Below are positions 37,686 to 52,605 of a stretch of 64,000 nucleotides of DNA, in pieces. Under the pieces are notes generated by a model. That model was not told the DNA's origin. It searched no databases and saw only the letters and a program-made list of their open reading frames with translations. Numbering within the stretch: position 1 is the first letter of the stretch; every line of letters begins with the position of its first letter. Position numbers and translations under genes: made by a program. Source of the stretch: Eledone cirrhosa (Eukaryota); the NCBI GenBank assembly GCA_964016885.1, contig OZ024758.1:15066001-15130000 (forward strand), in the 5' to 3' direction.

Positions 37686-38852
37686 CCTGCCAAATCAATT
37701 GGTGGCAGTAGTTCCAGCTGCACACATCGAAAGACTGGTGTAGTGGTTCTGAGAACAATGCGGCTTTGCAGATGATCAATGCAATTTGACAATGGAAAGG
37801 CGCTCCTGCTCGAGTTAGAAGAGAACTATTGACCTTCAGGAGAAGCAGTGACCACTGATTGTATTCAGCAACCAAAACAAACATGAAGTTATGTTAATTA
37901 CAAACTCTCAGGTTTTCAAACAAATCTATTAAAAAGCCAAACAAATCTCTCCTATGGTTTCCACTCTTCAAATCAAACTGATGAATTATTTGAATCTCTG
38001 AATCCTTAGAGTGATTAAAATGATTTTAATTTCAATCATTTCACAAGTTGAACTGAATCTTCTTCTTTTCTTCGCCCAGTTATTCCTGAGAGGGTTGTGG
38101 GGGCAGAGTCCTCAAACACTCCTTCCAGCAGGTCCTGTCAAAAGCAACCGGATCCCCAAGTGTGACCAGCCAAGGTCATGGATGTTATCCAACCACCTTG
38201 CTTGGGGTCTTCTGCCAGTTGGTTTCGCCCGTAAAATCCACCAGTGATTCTTTCCCCGAGACATTCCAACCACATGTCCATAGTATCAGAGCTGTGGTGT
38301 CTCAGTTTGGAGAAGTAGCGACTCTATCTGAAGTGACTCTCTGAACTCCGAACTACAAATCTGTTCAGTGATTCTTTCCTGAGACATTCCAACCACATGC
38401 CCATAGTATTGGAGCTGTGATCTCTCAATTCGGAGAAGTAGCAGCTCTATCTGGAGTGAGACTCCCTATCTTCGAGCTATACATCCATCTAAACTAAATA
38501 CTAAGACTTCGAGATTGAGATGTATTTCACTGACTCTAAAACACCAGGAACCATTTTACTAGTGCTGGATTTAGGACAAATGAGACCCTGTGCTAGTTAA
38601 GTTATGAGGCCCCTAGACATTTGAAAAGATCGTAAAAAAATTTTTTTTTGCAGGGAGATGGGCACCTCCCTGGACAATTGAGCCTTTACTATTATATTTT
38701 CATGGTAAAGGCTTTACCTTACTTAATATCGAATCTACGAGATTTTGATATTTATTTACAATACGTTTTTCCATTCAGAGGGTTTTTGAAAATCCCAACT
38801 AACAGACTAATTATATATATATATATATATTAGTCTTCTAATTTATTATTAT

Positions 38853-38898
<46 letters not shown>

Positions 38899-39247
38899 TT
38901 ATATATTATATATAATCGACTTTCTCTTCTCCCTAAGATTGTTGGCCTTGTTCCGAAATTAGAAACCATCAAGTACAGTTAATTGGCAGAACCATTATAG
39001 CGTAGGACAAAATTACCTTTGGTAGTTAGAGTTACGTCCCTTTGCATTCTGAGTTCAAATCGTATCGTGTTTAATTGCCTTTCATCCTTACGGGGTCGAT
39101 AAAATAAAGTACCAGTAATGTACTAGGTATTTTGCTGGCCTTGTGCCAAAAAGTAGAAACAATTATTCTTAGGTTAATAATATAAGTGAAGTACTGGAGG
39201 TCGATTTAATATTTCTATATAACATTCTAGATGTGAATTGGATTATA

Positions 39248-39999
39248 AATCTTCATTTTTTAGACACCACTGTGTTCAAACGATATATTTTCATTTGCTA
39301 ATGTTTTCGTTCTTTAAATATTGAGGCAACGTAGATCTCGAATAAAGGAAATAAATATATTTCGTCCGATTCATTAGATCCATTTCTCATTCTCCGCTTA
39401 AGGGGGCTCTTATCATTTAAAGACCCGAGAAATCACAATAATTAATACATTTAACGGTATTCGGTGCTGTGAAAGACGAAAGAAAACGTAACAAAATTTT
39501 ATTTACACACACACACACATATATATTCACGTATTTTTGTTTAAAAAAAACAAACCCTGGCACGTTTATACAAAGTGTGCCTCATCGATTTATTTTGAAT
39601 ATCGAATAGTTTCTTTCTTTAAATAATGTAATATTAAGTTATTTGGGTGTCAGACAGACAATAGGTCGCGAATGAAGAAAATGAAAATATTTCGTCCGAC
39701 TCGTCGGATTCGTTACGGATCTCCCTCCCGTGCATGCGTGTGTGTGTAGTTAATTACTGTTCTCACCTATGTAGGTTTATCTGATCTCTTTCAAGACATC
39801 ACATTGGAGGTTTCTCGGGTGTTTTTAATGATAGGAGCCCCAATGAGCGGAGAATGAGAAATGGAATCTAATGAATCAGACGAAATATGTTTATTTTCTT
39901 CTTTCGAGATCTATGTATGTCACAATGTTTAAAAAACGAAAGCATTAGCAAATAAAATATATCGTTGAAAACAAGTAGTGCCTATAAAATGAGGATTTA
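39248..39999. repeat. Diverged long inverted repeat (about 190-bp arms, about 375-bp spacer)
   Basis: 39248-39435 aligns by eye to the reverse complement of about 39808-39999. Confidence 0.85.
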
Positions 40000-42752
40000 G
40001 AAATAAAATGCTGCGAGATTCATTACTTTTCCGGGAAGTTAAATGAAATGACCGGAATCAAGAATCAAAAACGGATCTCTAATTTACCGTTTTCAATAAC
40101 AACACCCAAGAAGGAAACCTCCAAACAGTCGCTCTACATGGGAGAAATAGCAACTAAAAGCTCCTCAAATAACACGTTTTTTTTAAAAGGACATTTAGAA
40201 ACAGTCTGAATAAAAGACGGGATGGTCAAGGCTAGAGAGCTTTTGAATATAGATCTGCTCGATGAGGGCTGATTTAGCAATAAACAACTACAACAACCAA
40301 AAGAAACAAGACAAAGCAGAAACTCAATAATTCGGTATTTAGTTACAGCCTTCTTGCCTTTCATCCTTCTAGAGTCGATGAAATAAAGTATCAGTCAAGT
40401 ACTGGGTCGATTTAATATTCCTATATGGCATCCTAGATGTGAGTGGAATTACAAAGTTCTTCAGCGAGCAGCTCTTTGTCCGCCTTTTACACTAATCGTT
40501 GATACTACCACCACTACTTAACCTCCTTCCACCTAAGGCAAGACCATTCCAGCTTCGTTACTATATACTCCTCCTATAAACTGTCCCCACCACTACCGGC
40601 GTATAAGACAAGTTGAACTTTCCACCACCAGAGAGCCAGCCATACCAATTGAAAACGATATTGGGTTCTGTCTGAGATAGGAAGAAATAGAAGACTATAT
40701 ATATATATAATCAAAGATATATGGAGAAGAAAGCAAGACATTTAAAAACAAGATTTAATTCTAACACGGTGTTCATGATACAGCAGGTAGACATTTATGC
40801 GTGTGTATATATATAAGATTCGTCAGAGAAAAATTGTCCTTAAATATGTCTCTTACTTTGAGATATATAGGACGAGTAAAGTATTAGTAATAAATTTGTT
40901 CTGGCAGCGGTTCGTTTGTCCACCCATTTCGCTTGCCTTTGTTGTATGTGTGTGTGTGTGTGCGTTTTCTCCTTTTTATTTGTAATATGATAACGGTTAT
41001 GTTGATAAAATAAAGAAATTTATAAAAATAATGTTTAAATATATGTTTAAAAGTTTCCAGAGGTGGCGAGAAAACAGTGGAGGTGTGTTTGAATTAACCT
41101 GGAAACTATTATTTAATATTATATGGCAATACCACGAGAGGAATACCTAATATACTATGTTAATATTTAAAGAGAGAAAGGAAGAAAAATCTTGTTCGGA
41201 GATGGAAGAGAAGTTTATTAATCGCCGTTTCTGAAAATAGAAATTTAAATAATAGAAAATAAATAAAGGAATTACAATGGAATGAAGCGATAAAATTAAG
41301 ACAATAGATAAAATGAATGAATGGTAGCTCTACAGAGGAATTAGGTGTTATTCAAATGTGGGTAGATGCTTACGGAGATAAACAAGGAATCGGGCAGTGT
41401 TTGATGCTGCTTTAGAGTAAAGATAATCGTATTTACCGGGACAAAAATAACAAAATACAAGAGTAGATTAAAAGAAATAAGACTACATTGGAGCTATGCT
41501 ATCGTTTGTGTGTGTGTCAGAGAGAGAGAGAGACAGTGTTGCGAGAGGTTCGAAGAGAGAAAAAATTAAACTTAGAGTGAGATTGAATGGAGAAGAATTT
41601 TAATGAACTTAGAGAGATAGAGAAGGGCAAAGAGAGAGGCGAAATTAGACCGGAAAGAAGAGATATTAATGAACATAGAGAAAGACAGGGAGGGGTAAAA
41701 AAAAAAAAAGAAGGAAATATAGGTAGAAAGAGTAAGACAAGTTTAAGAGAAGGAGGGCAAAGAGAAGTTTAGAAATAATCAGATCTTAAAACAGAGTGAG
41801 GGAATATATTTATATATGCGAGAATGACAGGTGGGAGTAAGAATGACGAGAGACGCACTGGAGAAAGAGAGCGAGAAGGGGGCGATCGATGAAAGATTAG
41901 AGAAAAGTAGACGAGAAAGAGAGAGAGAATCAGATAAAAAAGATAGGAGAGATACAAAAGTGAAACGAAAAAAAAAAGGGAAGAACTCGATAGGGCAGAA
42001 TATGAGAAATAAAAAATAAAGCCTTTTTTTTTTTTAACGGAAGAGGAAACAGGGGAAAAAAATAGAACAAAGAGAAAAAAAATCGACAGTAATAAAGGAG
42101 GAAAAGATAAGAGGCAGATGGTTGAAATACTGAAAAATATAGATGGATAACAGATAGCGTAATTGAAAGATAATACTGGAAAATAAATAATAAATAGAAT
42201 GAATAATTGAGGAGAGAAAGAATGTGATAGAGTGAAGAGTAGCGAGTGACAGAAGGAAAGATTGGAATGAGACAAAGGTAAGAGTGACAGACGATGAACG
42301 GGGCAAAGTAGGAGTAGAATTAGGACTAAGAGAGATGGAACAGTTGAGAGACAAGGGAGCCCGGATAGAATGTGTCTCCATGTCTGTTTATGCGTGTGTG
42401 TGTGTGTGTGTGTGTGTGCGCGAAAAACAGTTTCGATATTGAGTGAATGGAAGCGCCGAGGGAAGATAGTAGCTAGAGTAAACTGTTTACAGAAAAAGGC
42501 AGACAAGGAGTGCGTGAAGGGAAAACAGTTATTGAAGGAGAGTTGGAGAGAAGACGACAGATAGATAAATATATAGTTAGTGATAGAGAAAGAATGAGAT
42601 AGAGAGAGAAAATAGCTAGAATGAGTAAAAACCTCATGTCAATTAATTGTTTAGAGAAAGTATAGAAACTGAGAGAGGGTGAACGAAATAGTTTAACTAT
42701 AGAAGGAGAGCTAGCGACTTGGAAAACAGAGATATATAATTAGTTAATAGAT

Positions 42753-42788
<36 letters not shown>

Positions 42789-43249
42789 CAGAGACGAAGT
42801 TATCAGATAATACCGAAGGTCTTCGATCGTTTTCCCAATCACTCGGTATTTTAATTATGCTAGTTTCCTTTATATATATAAATATATATACATATATAGA
42901 GAGAACATCAATGGATAGTATATAGAAAGGATAGAAATATTGGGAAAGTGTGATTGAAACTGTTAGTTATAATAGAGCGATACAAATGTTAAGAAAACAG
43001 AGTTAGAATGAATAGAACATTAACGGTGTTCGGGGAAAGGATAGACTGAGAAAGTATTAATGAAAACAGTATAGTTATTGAATGAAAGCAAGTGTCGAGA
43101 AAACACAGATAGAGAGAGAGAGAATGGAACATTACTTCTAAACAGTTCAGAGAAAAGACACAGACAAACGGGGAGAGTGAGTGTTAGCGACCTGAAAACA
43201 CAGAGAGAGAACAGTTATGTTAGTGATAGATATAGAGAGGGGGATAGAT

Positions 43250-45058
43250 GGAGTAAGAGTTAGACATTTGAAGAATGAGACAGTTAAATTAGTGAAGTAG
43301 TGAGAGTGCGAGAGAGAGAGTAAGAGATAGAGAGGGGGATAATTAGAGTAAGTGTTAGCGAGCAGAAGAGAAAGACAATTAAATTAGTGAGGTAGTAAGA
43401 GAACTATAGTTAGAGTAAGAGAGAGAGAGATAGAGAGGAGAATAGTTAGAGTAAGTGTTAGTGACGAGAAAAGAGTTAGATACAGAGAGGGATAGTTAGT
43501 GTTAGGGAGAGGAAGAGATACAGAGAGGGGAACGTTAGAGTAAGAGGGAGAGAGTGAAAGAGAAGGAGAGAGAGTTAGAACAAGTGTTAGTGAGAGAGTA
43601 AGCAAGAGGTAGAGTAAGTGTTAGTGAGAGAGAGTTAGAGAAGTGTTAGTGAGAACGAGAGAGGAAGAGAGAGCGTTAGAGCAAGTATAGTGAGAGAGAA
43701 GAAGTGAGTTAGAGCAAATGTTAGTAACAGAAAAGGAGAGAGAGAGAGTTAGAGCAAATTATAGTGAGAGAGAAGGAGAGAGATTTAGAACAAGTGTTAG
43801 TGAGAGAGTAAGCGAGCGAGAGAGAGGGAGTTAGAGCAATTGTTAGTGAGAGAGAAGGAGAGAGAGTTAGAGTAAGTGTTAGTGAGAGAGAAGGAGAGAG
43901 AGAGTTAGGTAGAGGAAGAGAGAGAGAAGGAGAGAGAGTTAGAGTAAGTGTTAGTGAGAGAGAAGGAGAGAGAGTTAGTTAGAGGAAGAGAGAGTTAGAG
44001 CAAATGTTAGTGAGAGGGAAGCAAGTGTTAGTGTTAGAAAGAGAGCGAGTTAGAGCAAGTGTTAGTGAGAGTGAGAGACAGTTAGAGCAAGTGTTAGTGA
44101 GAAAGAAGGAGAAAGAGAGAGTCAGAGCAAGTGTTAGTGAGAGAGAAGGAGAGAGAGTTAGGTAGAGGAAGAGAGAGAGAAGGAGAGAGAGTTAGAGTAA
44201 GTGTTAGTGAGAGAGAAGGAGAGTTAGTTAGTTAGAGGAAGAGAGAGTTAGAGCAAATGTTAGTGAGAGGGAAGCAAGTGTTAGTGTTAGAAAGAGAGCG
44301 AGTTAGAGCAAGTGTTAGTGAGAGGGAGAGAGAGTTAGAGCAAGTGTTAGTGAGAAAGAAGGAGAAAGAGAGAGTCAGAGCAAAAGTTAGTGAGAGAGAA
44401 GGAGCAAGAGTTAGCGAGAGAGTCAGAGTAAGAGTTAGTGAGAGAGAAGGAGAGAGAGTTAGCGAGAGAGTCAGAGCAAGAGTTAGTGAGAGAGAAGGAG
44501 CAAGAGTTAGCGAGAGAGTCAGAATAAGAGTTAGTGAGAGAGAAGGAGAGAGAGTTAGCGAGAGAGTCAGAGCAAGAGTTAGTGAGAGAGAAGGAGAGAG
44601 AGAGTTAGCGAGAGAGTCAGAGTAAGAGTTAGTGAGAGAGAAGGAGAGAGAGTTAGCGAGAGAGTCAGAGCAAGAGTTAGTGAGAGAGAAGGAGAGAGAG
44701 TTAGCGAGAGAGTCAGAGCAAGAGTTAGTGAGAGAGAAGGAGAGAGAGTTAGCGAGAGAGTCAGAGCAAGAGTTAGTGAGAGAGAAGGAGAGAGAGTTAG
44801 CGAGAGAGTCAGAGTAAGAGTTAGTGAGAGAGAAGGAGAGGGAGTTAGCGAGAGAGTCAGAGCAAGAGTTAGTGAGAGAGAAGGAGAGAGAGTTAGCGAG
44901 AGAGTCAGAGTAAGAGTTAGTGAGAGAGAAGGAGAGGGAGTTAGCGAGACAGTCAGAGCAAGAGTTAGTGAGAGAGAAGGAGCAAGAGTTAGTGAGAGAG
45001 AAGGAGCGAGAGAGTTAGTTAGAGGAAGAGAGAGAGAGAGAGAGTTGGAGTAAGTGTA
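43250..45058. repeat. Purine-rich GA/GTTAG satellite with a homogeneous 48-bp unit at about 44390-45000
   Basis: Unit AGTGAGAGAGAAGGAGAGAGAGTTAGCGAGAGAGTCAGAGCAAGAGTT. Confidence 0.9.
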
Positions 45059-45163
45059 GTCCATGCCACAACTGGCAATATTACCTCTGTGAGAGGGACG
45101 TCTCGCACGTTCTGCACTGGCACCGACTTGGATGGCATTCTTTACCGCCGATGTGCAGCAAAT

Positions 45164-45214
45164 ATGTCTAGCTTTAAACTGGGAATTATTAGACTAGGCA
45201 GAGCTGCTGGAAAG
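45164..45214 (+). CDS. ZMYND19: First coding exon of a zinc finger MYND domain-containing protein 19 orthologue
   Basis: ATG...AAG|GTATGT encodes MSSFKLGIIRLGRAAGK, matching from memory the vertebrate ZMYND19 N-terminus MTDFKLGIVRLGRVAGK; phase-0 donor; unique CpG-containing context. Confidence 0.88.
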
Positions 45215-45489
45215 GTATGTATTAATTATTACATATATAAATAATCGATAATCAATAATTAAAAAAAACAAAAACAGTTCCTTTAAAGAAAAGACGAGTA
45301 ATCGAAGCGATAATGTTGGAATATACCTGCTTAGAGTTGAGAATACGCTGGACATGAGGAAACAAAACAAAATAAGAGACGGTGCTTAAAAACATTGAAG
45401 CCATAAATATTACGTTTCGACTGTATTGCCGAACGTACCTTGCACGTGCGCGTGAACATTTGTATAATATATATTTTTGTATATATATT

Positions 45490-45527
<38 letters not shown>

Positions 45528-48500
45528 TTTGTATATATATTTGCAGTATTTGTATGTATGTATATATATATATAGTATTTGTATATATATATATAGTATT
45601 TGTATATATATTTGCATTATTTGTATGTATATATATATATATAGTATTTGTATATATATTGTATGTATATATTGTATGTATATATATATATATATATATA
45701 GTATTTGTATATATATTGTATGTATATATTGTATGTATATATATATATAGTATTTGTATATATATTTGCAGTATTTGTATGTATATATATATAGTATTTG
45801 TATATATATATAGTATTTGTATATATATATAGTATTTGTATATATATATAGTATTTGTATATGTGTATATATATATAGTATTTGTATATGTGTATATATA
45901 TATATAGTATTTGTATATGTGTATATATATATATAGTATTTGTATATGTGTATATATATATATAGTATTTGTATATGTGTATATATATATATAGTATTTG
46001 TATATGTGTATATATATATATAGTATTTGTATATGTGTATATATATATAGTATTTGTATATGTATATATATATAGTATTTGTATATGTATATATATATAG
46101 TTATGTATATATATATAGTATTTGTATATGTATATATATATAGTATTTGTATATGTATATATATATAGTATTTGTGTATATATATATAGTATTTGTATAT
46201 ATATATATATAGTATTTGTATATATATATATATATATATAGTATTTGTATATATATATATATATATATAGTATTTGTATATATATATATATAGTATTTGT
46301 ATATATATATATATATATAGTATTTGTGTATATATATATAGTATTTGTATGTATATATATATAGTATTTGTATGTATATATATATAGTATTTGTATGTAT
46401 ATATATATAGTATTTGTATGTATATATATATAGTATTTGTATGTATATATATATAGTATTTGTATGTATATATATATATAGTATTTGTATGTATATATAG
46501 TATTTGTATATATATATAGTATTTGTATATATATATAGTATTTGTATATATATATAGTATTTGTATATATATATAGTATTTGTATATATATATAGTATTT
46601 GTATATATATATAGTATTTGTATATATATATAGTATTTGTATATATATATAGTATTTGTATATATATATAGTATTTGTATATATATATAGTATTTGTATA
46701 TATATATAGTGTATGTATATATATATAGTGTATGTATATATATATAGTGTATTTGTATATATATATAGTGTATTTGTATATATATATAGTGTATGTATAT
46801 ATATATAGTATGTATATATATATATATAGTATGTATATATATATATAGTGTATGTATATATATATATAGTGTATGTATATATATATATAGTGTATGTATA
46901 TATATATAGTGTATGTATATATATATAGTGTATGTATATATATATATATAGTGTATGTATATATATATATAGTGTATGTATATATATATATATAGTGTAT
47001 GTATATATATATATATATAGTGTATGTATATATATATATATATAGTGTATGTATATATATATATATAGTGTATGTATATATATATATATAGTGTATGTAT
47101 ATATATATATATATTGTATTTGTATATATATATATATAGTATTTGTATATATATATATATAGTATTTGTATATATATATATATAGTATTTGTATATATAT
47201 ATATATAGTATTTGTATATATATATATAGTATTTGTATATATATATATAGTATTTGTATATATATATATAGTATTTGTATATATATATATAGTATTTGTA
47301 TATATATATATAGTATTTGTATATATATATATAGTATTTGTATATATATATATAGTATTTGTATATATATATATAGTATTTGTATATATATATATAGTAT
47401 TTGTATATATATATATAGTATTTGTATATATATATATAGTATTTGTATATATATATATAGTATTTGTATATATATATATAGTATTTGTATATATATATAT
47501 AGTATTTGTATATATATATATAGTATTTGTATATATATATATAGTATTTGTATATATATATATAGTATTTGTATATATATATATATAGTATTTGTATATA
47601 TATATATAGTATTTGTATATATATATATAGTATTTGTATATATATATATAGTATTTGTATATATATATATATAGTATTTGTATATATATATATATAGTAT
47701 TTGTATATATATATATATAGTATTTGTATATATATATATATAGTATTTGTATATATATATATATAGTATTTGTATATATATATATATAGTATTTGTATAT
47801 ATATATATATAGTATTTGTATATATATATATATAGTATTTGTATATATATATATATAGTATTTGTATATATATATATATAGTATTTGTATATATATATAT
47901 ATAGTATTTGTATATATATATATATAGTATTTGTATATATATATATATAGTATTTGTATATATATATATATAGTATTTGTATATATATATATATAGTATT
48001 TGTATATATATATATATAGTATTTGTATATATATATATAGTATTTGTATATATATATATAGTATTTGTATATATATATATATAGTATTTGTATATATATA
48101 TATATAGTATTTGTATATATATATATAGTATTTGTATATATATATATATAGTATTTGTATATATATATATATAGTATTTGTATATATATATATAGTATTT
48201 GTATATATATATATATAGTATTTGTATATATATATATATAGTATTTGTATATATATATATATAGTATTTGTATATATATATATATAGTATTTGTATATAT
48301 ATATATATAGTATTTGTATATATATATATATAGTATTTGTATATATATATATATAGTATTTGTATATATATATATATAGTATTTGTATATATATATATAT
48401 AGTATTTGTATATATATATATATAGTATTTGTATATATATATATATAGTATTTGTATATATATATATATAGTATTTGTATATATATATATATAGTATTTG

Positions 48501-51500
48501 TATATATATATATAGTATTTGTATATATATATATATAGTATTTGTATATATATATATATAGTATTTGTATATATATATATATAGTATTTGTATATATATA
48601 TATAGTATTTGTATATATATATATATAGTATTTGTATATATATATATATAGTATTTGTATATATATAGTATTTGTATATATATAGTATTTGTATATATAT
48701 AGTATTTGTATATATATAGTATTTGTATATATATAGTATTTGTATATATATAGTATTTGTATATATATAGTATTTGTATATATATAGTATTTGTATATAT
48801 ATAGTATTTGTATATATATAGTATTTGTATATATATAGTATTTGTATATATATAGTATTTGTATATATATAGTATTTGTATATATATAGTATTTGTATAT
48901 ATATAGTATTTGTATATATATAGTATTTGTATATATATATAGTATTTGTATATATATATAGTATTTGTATATATATATAGTATTTGTATATATATATAGT
49001 ATTTGTATATATATATAGTATTTGTATATATATATAGTATTTGTATATATATATATATAGTATTTGTATATATATATATATAGTATTTGTATATATATAT
49101 ATATAGTATTTGTATATATATATATATAGTATTTGTATATATATATATATAGTATTTGTATATATATATATATAGTATTTGTATATATATATATATAGTA
49201 TTTGTATATATATATATATAGTATTTGTATATATATATATATAGTATTTGTATATATATATATATAGTATTTGTATATATATATATATAGTATTTGTATA
49301 TATATATATATAGTATTTGTATATATATATATAGTATTTGTATATATATATATATAGTATTTGTATATATATATATATAGTATTTGTATATATATATATA
49401 TAGTATTTGTATATATATATATATAGTATTTGTATATATATATATATAGTATTTGTATATATATATATATATATAGTATTTGTATATATATATATATATA
49501 TAGTATTTGTATATATATATATATATATAGTATTTGTATATATATATATATATAGTATTTGTATATATATATATATATATAGTATTTGTATATATATATA
49601 TATATATAGTATTTGTATATATATATATATAGTATTTGTATATATATATATATAGTATTTGTATATATATATATATAGTATTTGTATATATATATATATA
49701 GTATTTGTATATATATATATATAGTATTTGTATATATATATATATAGTATTTGTATATATATATATATAGTATTTGTATATATATATATAGTATTTGTAT
49801 ATATATATAGTATTTGTATATATATATATAGTATTTGTATATATATATATAGTATTTGTATATATATATATATAGTATTTGTATATATATATATATAGTA
49901 TTTGTATATATATATATATAGTATTTGTATATATATATATATATAGTATTTGTATATATATATATATATAGTATTTGTGTATATATATATATAGTATTTG
50001 TATATAATATATATATAGTATTTGTGTATATATATATATATAGTATTTGTATATATATATATATATAGTATTTGTGTATGTATATATATAGTATTTGTAT
50101 ATATATATATATATAGTATTTGTATATATATATATATATAGTATTTGTATATATATATATATATAGTATTTGTATATATATATATATATAGTATTTGTGT
50201 ATATATATATATAGTATTTGTATATATATATATATATAGTATTTGTATATATATATATATATTGTATATATATAGTAATTTGTGTATATATATATATAGT
50301 ATTTGTATATATATATAGTATTTGTATATATATATAGTATTTGTATATATATATAGTATTTGTAATATATATATAGTATTTGTATATATATATAGTATTT
50401 GTTATATATATATATAGTTTGTGTATATATATATATAGTATTTGTGTATATATATATATATAGTATTTGTGTATATATATATATAGTATTTGTGTATATA
50501 TATATATAGTATTTGTGTATATATATATATAGTATTTGTGTATATATATATATAGTATTTGTGTATATATATATATAGTATTTGTGTATATATATATATA
50601 GTATTTGTGTATATATATATATAGTATTTGTGTATATATATATATATAGTATTTGTGTATATATATTATATATAGTATTTGTGTGTATATATATATATAG
50701 TATTTGTGTGTATATATATATATATAGTATTTGTGTGTATATATATATAGTATTTGTGTTATATATATATAGTATTTGTGTATATATATATATAGTATTT
50801 GTGTATATATATATATAGTATTTGTGTATATATATATATAGTATTTGTGTATATATATATATAGTATTTGTGTATATATATATATAGTATTTGTGTATAT
50901 ATATATATAGTATTTGTGTATATATATATATATAGTATTTGTGTATATATATATATATAGTATTTGTGTGTATATATATATATATAGTATTTGTGTATAT
51001 ATATATATATAGTATTTGTGTATATATATATATATATAGTATTTGTGTATATATATATAGTATTTGTGTATATATATATAGTATTTGTTATATATATATA
51101 GTATTTGTGTATTTAGTATATTATTTGTATATATATATAGTATTTGTGTATATATATATAGTATTTGTATATATATATAGTATTTGTGTATATATATATG
51201 TATTTGTGTATATATATATATATAGTATTTGTATATATATATATATATAGTATTTGTGTATATATATATATATAGTATTTGTGTATATATATATATATAG
51301 TATTTGTGTATATATATATATATAGTATTTGTGTATATATATATAGTATTTGTATATATATATATAGTATTTGTATATATATATATATATAGTATTTGTA
51401 TATATATATATATATAGTATTTGTATATATATATATATATATATAGTATTTGTATATATATATATATATATAGTATTTGTATATATATATATATATAGTA

Positions 51501-52529
51501 TTTGTATATATATATATATATAGTATTTGTATATATATATATATATAGTATTTGTATATATATATATATATAGTATTTGTATATATATATATATATAGTA
51601 TTTGTATATATATATATATAGTATTTGTATATATATATATATATAGTATTTGTATATATATATATATATAGTATTTGTATATATATATATATAGTATTTG
51701 TATATATATATATATATAGTATTTGTATATATATATATATAGTATTTGTATATATATATATATATAGTATTTGTATTATATATATATATAGTATTTGTAT
51801 ATATATATATATATAGTATTTGTATATATATATATAGTATTTGTATATATATATATATAGTATTTGTATATATATATATATATAGTATTTGTATATATAT
51901 ATATATATAGTATTTGTATATATATATATAGTATTTGTATATATATATATATAGTATTTGTATATATATATATATATAGTATTTGTATATATATATATAT
52001 AGTATTTGTATATATATATATATATAGTATTTGTATATTATATATATATAGTATTTGTATATATATATATATATAGTATTTGTATATATATATATATAGT
52101 ATTTGTATATATATATATATAGTATTTGTATATATATATATATATAGTATTTGTATATATATATATATATAGTATTTGTATATATATATATATAGGATTT
52201 GTATATATATATATATAGTATTTGTATATATATATATATAGTATTTGTATATATATATATATAGTATTTGTATATATATATATATAGTATTTGTATATAT
52301 ATATATATATAGTATTGTATATATATATATATATATAGTATTTGTATATATATATATATATATATGTATTTGTATATATATATATATATATAGTATTTGT
52401 ATATATATATATATATAGGATTTGTATATATATATATATAGGATTTGTATATACATATATATATAGGATTTGTTTATATATATATATAGGATTGTATATA
52501 TATATAGGGATTGTATATATATATATAGG

Positions 52530-52562
<33 letters not shown>

Positions 52563-52567
52563 GATTG

Positions 52568-52605
<38 letters not shown>

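Noticed and set aside
40635-40680. 5S rRNA-like 5' fragment (GCCATACCA.TTGAAAAC)
   Set aside because: Only a short patchy match, with no internal promoter boxes or 3' half
43250-45058. Interstitial telomeric repeat
   Set aside because: GTTAG motifs are not followed by GG/GGG in tandem, so this is not a TTAGGG or TTAGG array
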